Made by a program: the position numbers and the translations under genes. A stretch of DNA of 64,000 nt from Salinivirgaceae bacterium (lineage in GTDB: Bacteria > Bacteroidota > Bacteroidia > Bacteroidales > SZUA-534): the NCBI GenBank assembly GCA_017474765.1, contig JAFVGW010000034.1:217694-281693 (forward strand), written 5' to 3'. Numbering within the stretch: the first letter of the stretch is position 1; each line of letters starts with the position of its first letter. The notes beneath the pieces were generated by a model that was given only the letters and a program-made list of their open reading frames with translations, ran no database searches and was not told the DNA's origin. Shown piece by piece: positions 42,486-50,043 of the stretch.

Positions 42486-43901
42486 TTATGGATATACAAC
42501 ATTCACAGAGCCTTTGCGCTCAATGGTCTGGCCGTTTTGCAGTTTGGCCTTCAGATAGTAGAGATAGCCGTCTTCGGCCACCTGCTTGCCGTTGTGGGTG
42601 CCGTCCCAACGGTTGTCGGGACTTTTTGAAACAAAGACGCGGCCGCCGTAACGGTCGTAAACGATGAATTCAAAATCAGTTATTTGCGCCGACTTCACAA
42701 CAGGCCCGAAAGTGTCGTTCAGACCGTCGCCATTGGGTGTAAAGGCAGTTGGCAGCCACATATCAGCCTGACGCTCAACGCAAACGGTGTTCGATTGGCT
42801 CAATCGGGGTCCATCAGCCGCTTCAACACGTATGCAGAAATTCTGTGCGCGGTCATCGGCTATCTCGTTGAAGTTCAGTTCAATTGAAGTGTCAGTCAAA
42901 TCGGTTGCGACGGGTGTTTCCGAGTCACCGTCAACACTGCAAAAAACGGTGTACTGCTCACTGTTTGAGAGTGAGCGGTTCCACTTCACTCGCATAGATT
43001 CCGCATCCGCATCGGCTTCAATCACAATCGGATAGACATCGCTGGTTGTAAAAATCGGCTCGCCGCAATAATTTAATGCACTCAAGGTGTAGGCGGCTTT
43101 GGCGTTATCGACATTGAAGATGAATGTCGGCTGTGAAAAGTCAGTTATCTGGCTGTCGCTCAGTTTCTGACCATCAGAAACTTGCTGAATGGAATAGCCT
43201 TGCAAATCAGCGTCAATGTTGATTCTGCAATGAAGTTCCACCGCCCCCTGACGGTTCACAATCGTGTCGATGCCAATAAGCGATTGGTCGGGCAATTTTG
43301 GTTTGAAAGTTGTGTAACTAATTATGTTTGAAAGCGATTCGAGCCCATTTTGCAGTGTGGCTACAATCATAAAATTGTAGTCGGTGCCTTCTTCTAGTTC
43401 GGTCGTAGTTAAGGATGTATCGGCAGTTGAACCAAAATAGCTGTAAGGCTGTCCGATTTTGCGGCCAAAAACAGTGTAACTGGCAACATCGGCGCCAACG
43501 TATGCCGACCAGTTGAGAGTTAACGAGTTGTGGCATTTGTCGTAATCGCCGCTGCGCAAAAAAACCGTCTGATGCGCATCGCTCAACGGGGCATTATGGT
43601 CGCCTGCAATCGATGTTGAGACTGCGTATCGCTCGGCGTGCACAAATGGATGTGCTTTAACATCTTGATATTCACGCATATTGGCTGGCAGCGAATCGAC
43701 AACCAGCACCCATTTGTTGTTATCCCAATGGTAAACGGCAAACGACTGTCCATTAACCACTTCGGCAACATCCCACTTGATGGTAACACGCCGTTCGCTA
43801 ACCGTGTCAACGCTCACACTGCTGATTTCGGCATAGCGTCCGCTTTGTGCAAACGCCTGATTTGCAGCCAATAATAGCAATATGGCGAGCAGACGTCGCA
43901 T
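42486..43901 (-). CDS. secreted repeat protein with T9SS type B (gliding-motility-associated) C-terminal sorting domain
   Basis: 471 aa with signal MRRLLAILLLLAANQAFAQ, Ig/FN3-like middle repeats, and the C-terminus LPTAFTPNGDGLNDTFGPV...YDRYGGRVF...WDGTHNGK...GYLYY. Confidence 0.75.
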   Translation of the reverse strand: MRRLLAILLLLAANQAFAQSGRYAEISSVSVDTVSERRVTIKWDVAEVVNGQSFAVYHWDNNKWVLVVDSLPANMREYQDVKAHPFVHAERYAVSTSIAGDHNAPLSDAHQTVFLRSGDYDKCHNSLTLNWSAYVGADVASYTVFGRKIGQPYSYFGSTADTSLTTTELEEGTDYNFMIVATLQNGLESLSNIISYTTFKPKLPDQSLIGIDTIVNRQGAVELHCRINIDADLQGYSIQQVSDGQKLSDSQITDFSQPTFIFNVDNAKAAYTLSALNYCGEPIFTTSDVYPIVIEADADAESMRVKWNRSLSNSEQYTVFCSVDGDSETPVATDLTDTSIELNFNEIADDRAQNFCIRVEAADGPRLSQSNTVCVERQADMWLPTAFTPNGDGLNDTFGPVVKSAQITDFEFIVYDRYGGRVFVSKSPDNRWDGTHNGKQVAEDGYLYYLKAKLQNGQTIERKGSVNVVYP

Positions 43902-43906
43902 CAGCG

Positions 43907-45238
43907 TTATTTCACAAGCGAATTGACAGCCGCTTCAACCGACGCAAAGTCGAACGATGCGCTCACTTCGGCGAACTTGCGGTCAATCTGGTCGTTACAC
44001 AGGTTGCCAATGCTGCCTTCGTGGGTGTGGTTAATGTGCGTTTCGGGCACAAAACGGCCGTCTTTAATGTCGAAAGCCACCTGCTTGTAGGCATCGCGGA
44101 AAGGCACGCCCGACAGCACCAGTTTGTTCACCACTTCAACGCTGAAAGCCAGCTGATATTTAGGCTCTTTCATAATGTCCTTGCGCACTTCGGTGTTCTT
44201 CAGCATCAGTTCGGCCAGGCGCAGGCAGTCCTTCAAATCGTTGATCGCGGGAATTATCTGTTCCTTAAGCAGTTGCAAGTCGCGGTGGTAGCCCGATGGC
44301 AGGTTCGAGATGGTGAGTGTGATGTCGGTTGGCAGTGCCTTGATGCGGTTGCATTTTCCGCGCACAAGTTCCCAAACGTCGGGGTTTTTCTTGTGCGGCA
44401 TAATCGACGAGCCAGTCGTAAATTCGTCGGGAAGATGCACAAAACCAAGGTCTTGCGAATTGTACATACACATATCCATCGCCATTCGGCTCAGCGTTTG
44501 CGCCATTGCGGCCATTGCAAAACTCAAATCCTGTTCAGTTTTGCCGCGGCCCATCTGAGCGCACACAACATTGTAGTTCAAATCGCTGAAACCCAGCAGT
44601 TTGGTTGTGAGTGTACGGTTGAGCGGGAACGATGAGCCGTATCCAGCCGCCGAGCCCAGCGGGTTCTGATTGATAACCTTGTAGGCCGCGCTCAGCATCC
44701 GAAGGTCGTCAGTCAGGCATTCGGCGTAAGCCCCAAACCACAATCCGAACGACGACGGCATAGCCACCTGCAGGTGGGTGTAGCCAGGCATCAGGTCGTC
44801 TTTGTGTTTGTCGCTCAAGGCGATAAGCGTCTTGAAGAGCGATGCCGCAAGGTCGAAAATCTGACGGACTTCGTGGCGCAGATAGAGTTTCATATCCACA
44901 AGCACCTGGTCGTTGCGCGAGCGGCCGCTGTGCACTTTTTTGCCCATATCGCCCAGCGAGCGCGTGAGCATCAGTTCAACCTGCGAGTGGATGTCTTCAA
45001 CATCGTCTTCAATCTTGAGTTTTCCAGCGGCAGCCGTGGCGTAAATCTTTTTGAGTTCGGCCAGCAGCGTGTCCAGTTCGTTTTTCTCAAGCAGGCCGAT
45101 AGTCTGCAGCATTGTGATGTGCGCCATTGTGCCCATCACGTCGAACGGCGCCAAGTACAGGTCCATTTCGCGGTCGAGCCCGACGGTGAACTGCTCGACA
45201 AGTTCGTTTGTGGCAATGCCCTTATCCCAAAGTTTCAT
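43907..45238 (-). CDS. argH: argininosuccinate lyase
   Basis: MKLWDKG... and the fumarate-lyase signature GSSIMPHKKNPD. The ATG at 45238 is preferred over the ORF-track start at 45280. Confidence 0.9.
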   Translation of the reverse strand: MKLWDKGIATNELVEQFTVGLDREMDLYLAPFDVMGTMAHITMLQTIGLLEKNELDTLLAELKKIYATAAAGKLKIEDDVEDIHSQVELMLTRSLGDMGKKVHSGRSRNDQVLVDMKLYLRHEVRQIFDLAASLFKTLIALSDKHKDDLMPGYTHLQVAMPSSFGLWFGAYAECLTDDLRMLSAAYKVINQNPLGSAAGYGSSFPLNRTLTTKLLGFSDLNYNVVCAQMGRGKTEQDLSFAMAAMAQTLSRMAMDMCMYNSQDLGFVHLPDEFTTGSSIMPHKKNPDVWELVRGKCNRIKALPTDITLTISNLPSGYHRDLQLLKEQIIPAINDLKDCLRLAELMLKNTEVRKDIMKEPKYQLAFSVEVVNKLVLSGVPFRDAYKQVAFDIKDGRFVPETHINHTHEGSIGNLCNDQIDRKFAEVSASFDFASVEAAVNSLVK

Positions 45239-45306
45239 TTGTATCTGTTTTATTGTCTGACAAATAGATAGACGCAACACTTCGCGTCACCGAATTGTAC
45301 GGCTGA

Positions 45307-45314
45307 CAAATGTA
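45307..45314 (-). promoter_or_regulatory. candidate -7 element (TACATTTG) for argH
   Basis: Matches TAnnTTTG, 68 nt upstream of ATG 45238. A second identical box lies at 45539-45546. Confidence 0.35.
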
Positions 45315-45681
45315 GCAATTTAGTGCGGATTGAACGCACCAATAAATAATGGATTGTGATGATGCCGAATCAGGCGGTGGTGGTTGAAGCCGATTTTTCG
45401 GCCAGCAGATGAACAAGTCCGCGGTGGAATCTTCGAATTAAAAATCTGGATTTGCTGTAAACTGCGCAAGAAAAATCAAAAATCGCCAGGAAAATCAATG
45501 CCAATCGAACTATCATCTCTTTCAAATTTTATACACCGCAAATGTACGCAAGCATGGGCGATTGGTTTGTTTTATTTGACAAACCGCCCAATTTGATACA
45601 TAAGAGAACTGTGAAGAAAAGAGCCCCAAACGCCATGATTTGAATAATCAAAAGAAATATAGACAATTAGCGAAAGAACAC

Positions 45682-45701
45682 AAAAAGAGCGGACTTGCTC
45701 T
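45682..45701 (-). terminator. terminator after the sensor phosphatase gene
   Basis: The minus strand reads AGAGC-AAGTCC-GCTCT followed by TTTTT. A longer alternative stem is AGAGCGGA/TCCGCTCT. Confidence 0.5.
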
Positions 45702-45745
45702 TTGAAGAACTGCATCCGCTCTGTTATTTAAATATCGCCTAAGAC

Positions 45746-48700
45746 TTATATTCTCACGCCCATCAGCACCACATCATCGGTCTGGTGGTCGGCGGGTCCT
45801 CGCCAGTCTTCATAAATCTTATTCAGAATCTCTTTCTGCTCGGCCATTGGCTTTTGGTGGATTTCGAGCAGAACTTCACGCAAGTGCTTGCTCATGAACT
45901 TCTTGCCCGATTCGTAGCCAAACTGGTCTTGGAAACCATCGGAGAATGTGTAGAGGCAGTCGCCCTTCTTTATCTCCATGTCAACACGCTCAAACGGATC
46001 AAGTTTAGCGTAGATACCGACCGGCATCTTGCTGGCCTTAATCACCTGAACCTCGCCGTCGCGGATGAGGACAAGCGGGTTGTTGGCGCCCGCAAACGAC
46101 AGCGTCATCTCTTTTTCGTTCAACACATACATGGCCACATCCATACCATCCTGGCTGCGGTCCTTCTTCTCGACTGAAGCAGCAAAGGCAGCCCGGCGGT
46201 CTGCTTTCTCGTCGCCAGTCGGTGCCGGAGTGTCATCTTTCTGGCGCAAGCTGGTAATAATGGCGTTACGCAGTTTGTTCAGAATCTCGTCGGGGTGAAG
46301 TTCCTGACCGACAATGTAGTTAAGGTTGGTCATACCCAACATACTCATAAAACCGCCAGGTACGCCGTGGCCTGTGCAGTCGGCCACAATACTCACCTTG
46401 TAGTCTCCAAACTGACCGAACCAGTAGTAGTCACCACTCACCACATTGCGCGGCTTGTAGAGCAGGAAGTGGTCGGGGAAAATTTTATCGATTATCTCAT
46501 CAGGTGTCAACAGAGCGCGCTGGATTCGGCGTGCGTAGTTGATACTCGACTGTATCTCATCTTTCTGTTTCTCAATCTCGTCTTTCTGCTGCCCGAGTTG
46601 GACGTTCTGTCCGCGAATCTCTTCTGTGGCTTCAGCTATCTTCTGCTCCAGCCTTTTCTTCTCCTCAATGAGTCGGCGTGTGTTCCATTTCACAATTCCG
46701 TAAACCAGAACCACAAGTAAAACCATATAGATGATATAAGCCACAATCGAACGATAGAAAGGCGGCCTAATGGTGAATGCATATTCAGCAACCGAACTCT
46801 CAACTCCATATATATTACGTGCCTTCACTTTGAAAACATATCTACCCTCGCTCAAGCCTCGACGTGAATACTCGGTGCTTGTCTTCCATTTCGACCAAGT
46901 TTTGTCGTCACCCTCGAGCATAGTCGAGTATTCGGTTTTGTTTTCTTCATCATAGAAAGTTGCGCTATAGGCAAATGTCAGCGAGTTATTTTTGTATGGA
47001 ATAACCACTTTATGCTCGCTGTCGCGGATTTGCTTTTTGATTATCGACTTGCCATCGGGCGATGTGAAGGCACCGCCAAAAATCGTAATTGAATCGTTGG
47101 CCACCACTTTGCGAATGTGGCTGTCGAACGATTTACGATAATAAGGTTCGTCGGTTCCGATAAAATTCGGGTTATAACAATAGAGCGCACCATTCGTACT
47201 AAACCACAGATTGGTGTCGCTGTCGACATACATCGTATAAAACGGTTCATTAGGAATTTTTCTAAGAACCCGAGCTGCATCGTCCGACTCGTCATAACCT
47301 CCATTTGCATTTTTGCAAACAACCGACACCCAGTTTTCGCCTTTCGCATCGTTAAGATTGGTTATGGCAAAACCTCCATTGTAAGGGACTATCCTGCTGA
47401 TGGCATGAGTTGTGTCACTGGTGAATGAGCCTAATTCTTTGCTCAGTTCAAATCTTGCTGTGTTCTTGTTAAACTCGTAAACGCCACATTCCGTGAAGAA
47501 CAAGGCTTTTCCGTTGACAATTCCTACTGTAATCATACCTGCAGATGGCAGACCGTTGCTATCATCGTATTGTGTGAAATGCTGCGTATCACCGTCAGTC
47601 AAGCGGTAAACCACCCCCCCCCACGTTCCAATCCAAATATTGTTATTGTCATCCTCACAAATTGATGTACCTTGCATTTCTTCAAATCTTGCTATTTCCT
47701 CCCAATCACCATGGTCTCTGTACTTTAATATTTGTACACCTTTTCCACCACCCAAGCAAGCCATCAACTGCTCAGGATGCTTATTGAGCTGCAGAATTCT
47801 CACATACTCCAAATCCTGACTGCCACTGATTTTCTCTTCTTTCGCGACATCTCCAACAGCCACAATTCTAAGGTCGTAGGCTGTACCAGCAAGCAACAGC
47901 TTACGATTGCTTTTGGGCACCTTATATTCTATTGTAGTGTTGACAGACAAAGGTATCTTCTTCTCAAAACTTGCAAAATCATCCTCATCATCATAATACT
48001 TGCGAAACATTCCTTCCGACGTGGCAATATAGAGTTGTCCTTGATACTCAATCATATCTTGTACTGTACCCAAGCCCATGTATTCACACTGGAATATTCG
48101 AATTGCGCTCGCCCACTCTGTTTTTGCAATTCCATCAGTGGTTGCTGTCCAAAGCACATCACCAGCATTAAGACTGGCAACAGCATTGAATGACGGGAAG
48201 CCCTTCGATTTGTTGAGAACAAACAGTGGCATGAAATTCTTATCAAACAATGTCAAAGCATAGGATTCAGCCTGCACTGCCGACAATACAAAATAATCGC
48301 CAGCTCGTGTCAAGTTGTATGGCGTAGTATAATCATCAATTGTTATTAATCTTTTATAGAACGGATGCACAGGCCTACTCACATAGGAAGTATCAGTTCC
48401 AAACACAATCAGACCATCATCCTTATATGTTACCGCCAAATATTTGTCCCCATCATACTCCGTCACACCATAAATTCCTCCAGCAACTTCTGATACCATA
48501 TCGGTAAACTCATGATTATAATAGACTTGGATCTTTAACTCTTTGTTTTCCCGCCCAATCAGAATTGAATCACCTTTTCCATAAGAGAGGAAACATCCTT
48601 CTGGCATTTTTGCCACGTATGTTACGCTGTCGCCAACCGCTTCAAAAATATAACTCGTTGAGCAGTAGTATGTTTTGTCATTATAACTATGGGTATTGTA

Positions 48701-49102
48701 AATGGGGGAGTCAAATGTAATCGAATCGAGTTTGTCAGAAAGCGACACATACTCCAATTCGCCAACTTCATTTGGTTTAAGATAACCGAATGTTCCGTCG
48801 TAAATGCCGACATGCACAATATTATTTGTATCGACTGATAATGATTGGATATATGTTTTGCGTATCAAGTTCCAGCGTGCTCCATCAAACTCAAGTACGC
48901 CCTCCTGATTGGCAAAATAGAGGAAACCGCGATTATCCTGCACAATGCCATTGTTTTGTGCATGCCCACCATACACGTTTCTTGGATAACTGGTTATAAG
49001 CGGTAAACCGAATTGGTTTATATGTGTTTTCTTTTTTGTCTGCGCATTGACGGCAAACCCGAGCAAAAACGCAAACGTCAGTAATAGTGAAAATTTCCTC
49101 AT
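45746..49102 (-). CDS. periplasmic beta-propeller (Reg_prop-type) + Y_Y_Y sensor, single TM, coiled coil, cytoplasmic SpoIIE/PP2C phosphatase
   Basis: 1118 aa with a signal peptide and about 700 aa of propeller-like repeats. The Y_Y_Y-like block is YSTMLEGDDKTWSKW...GRYVFKVKARN. The TM is IVAYIIYMVLLVVLVYGIV, followed by a coiled coil. The PP2C/SpoIIE part is VSGDYYWF...ADCTGHGVPGGFMS...DGFQDQ...DDVVLMGVRI. Confidence 0.8.
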   Translation of the reverse strand: MRKFSLLLTFAFLLGFAVNAQTKKKTHINQFGLPLITSYPRNVYGGHAQNNGIVQDNRGFLYFANQEGVLEFDGARWNLIRKTYIQSLSVDTNNIVHVGIYDGTFGYLKPNEVGELEYVSLSDKLDSITFDSPIYNTHSYNDKTYYCSTSYIFEAVGDSVTYVAKMPEGCFLSYGKGDSILIGRENKELKIQVYYNHEFTDMVSEVAGGIYGVTEYDGDKYLAVTYKDDGLIVFGTDTSYVSRPVHPFYKRLITIDDYTTPYNLTRAGDYFVLSAVQAESYALTLFDKNFMPLFVLNKSKGFPSFNAVASLNAGDVLWTATTDGIAKTEWASAIRIFQCEYMGLGTVQDMIEYQGQLYIATSEGMFRKYYDDEDDFASFEKKIPLSVNTTIEYKVPKSNRKLLLAGTAYDLRIVAVGDVAKEEKISGSQDLEYVRILQLNKHPEQLMACLGGGKGVQILKYRDHGDWEEIARFEEMQGTSICEDDNNNIWIGTWGGVVYRLTDGDTQHFTQYDDSNGLPSAGMITVGIVNGKALFFTECGVYEFNKNTARFELSKELGSFTSDTTHAISRIVPYNGGFAITNLNDAKGENWVSVVCKNANGGYDESDDAARVLRKIPNEPFYTMYVDSDTNLWFSTNGALYCYNPNFIGTDEPYYRKSFDSHIRKVVANDSITIFGGAFTSPDGKSIIKKQIRDSEHKVVIPYKNNSLTFAYSATFYDEENKTEYSTMLEGDDKTWSKWKTSTEYSRRGLSEGRYVFKVKARNIYGVESSVAEYAFTIRPPFYRSIVAYIIYMVLLVVLVYGIVKWNTRRLIEEKKRLEQKIAEATEEIRGQNVQLGQQKDEIEKQKDEIQSSINYARRIQRALLTPDEIIDKIFPDHFLLYKPRNVVSGDYYWFGQFGDYKVSIVADCTGHGVPGGFMSMLGMTNLNYIVGQELHPDEILNKLRNAIITSLRQKDDTPAPTGDEKADRRAAFAASVEKKDRSQDGMDVAMYVLNEKEMTLSFAGANNPLVLIRDGEVQVIKASKMPVGIYAKLDPFERVDMEIKKGDCLYTFSDGFQDQFGYESGKKFMSKHLREVLLEIHQKPMAEQKEILNKIYEDWRGPADHQTDDVVLMGVRI

Positions 49103-49127
49103 AAAACTCCCTTTTTCTCTTAATTTG

Positions 49128-49135
49128 CAAAAGTA
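49128..49135 (-). promoter_or_regulatory. candidate -7 element (TACTTTTG) for the sensor phosphatase
   Basis: Matches TAnnTTTG, 25 nt upstream of ATG 49102. Confidence 0.4.
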
Positions 49136-49261
49136 GTCCTATATTTCAAAAAATCACACTTTTTTTGCACGTTTTTTCACTTTTTTCTCCGACAAAACAT
49201 TAAGTTTTCTAGACATCTGACGAAATTCTTTGCATAATCACAAAACAATTCATCAAACATC

Positions 49262-49269
49262 TATATTTG
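49262..49269 (+). promoter_or_regulatory. candidate -7 element (TATATTTG) for the Nudix regulator gene
   Basis: Matches TAnnTTTG, 20 nt upstream of ATG 49290. Confidence 0.4.
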
Positions 49270-49289
49270 CAAGGTAAGATTTATCATCG

Positions 49290-49958
49290 ATGACTATATA
49301 CAACAACTATCCGAAATTCCACATTGCAGTGGACTGCGTGATATTCACCTACGACGAAGACCAACTGAAAGTGCTGCTCTACCCACGCAACATTGAGCCG
49401 CACAAGGGCGACTGGTCGCTGATGGGAGGCTTTGTTGACGAGGCGGAATCTTTTGAAGATGCCGCACGCCGCGTATTGATGCAAACTGTTGGGCTGAGCG
49501 ACATTTTTCTGGAGCAGGTTCAGGGATTCTCAAAACCCGACCGCGAACCCGACGACCGCGTCATAAGCATGGCCTTCTACGCCCTGATTCCAAGCGACCG
49601 CCACAACAGTCAACTGATTGAAAATCACCATGGCAGATGGTGGCCGCTCAACAATCTGCCCACTGTGGTTTTCGACCACAACGACATGATAACGTGCGCG
49701 CTCAGCCGCCTGCAGCACAAGGCAAGTTGCGAACTAATCGGCCAAGACCTTCTGCCCAAACGATTCACTTTCACGCAATTGAACAATCTGTACAATGCCA
49801 TTTTCCAACGGAACTTCGACCAAAGCAACTTCCGCAAGAAGGTGTCGGGGCTAAAAACCCTTATCCAGACAGCCGACAAGGACAATTCGAACTCAAAACG
49901 GGGTGCCTATCTGTATATGTTCCCCAAAAAACAAATTCCATGGACGTTTCACGGCTGA
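49290..49958 (+). CDS. NrtR/AraR-family regulator (degenerate Nudix domain + C-terminal winged helix)
   Basis: 222 aa. The Nudix fold has a degenerate box GFVDEAESFEDAARRVLMQTVGL, in which REUxEE is replaced by RRVLMQT. The C-terminal part (FTFTQLNNLYNAIFQRNFDQSNFRKKV) resembles the NrtR wHTH. Confidence 0.72.
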   Translation: MTIYNNYPKFHIAVDCVIFTYDEDQLKVLLYPRNIEPHKGDWSLMGGFVDEAESFEDAARRVLMQTVGLSDIFLEQVQGFSKPDREPDDRVISMAFYALIPSDRHNSQLIENHHGRWWPLNNLPTVVFDHNDMITCALSRLQHKASCELIGQDLLPKRFTFTQLNNLYNAIFQRNFDQSNFRKKVSGLKTLIQTADKDNSNSKRGAYLYMFPKKQIPWTFHG

Positions 49959-50043
49959 CAAAGGGCATGGTCATAAAGTCAAATCATATTGCTTGCCATT
50001 TTTGACAAAATGAATATATTTAAATTCAAGAAATTGAATTGAG

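Noticed and set aside
43847-44635. 262-aa plus-strand ORF
   Set aside because: It is antisense to argH, which carries the fumarate-lyase signature on the minus strand. This is a shadow ORF.
45384-45596. 70-aa plus-strand ORF in the argH upstream gap
   Set aside because: It has no promoter-like element ahead of it on the plus strand, a low-complexity K/R-rich sequence, and the opposite orientation to all neighbours. It is probably spurious.
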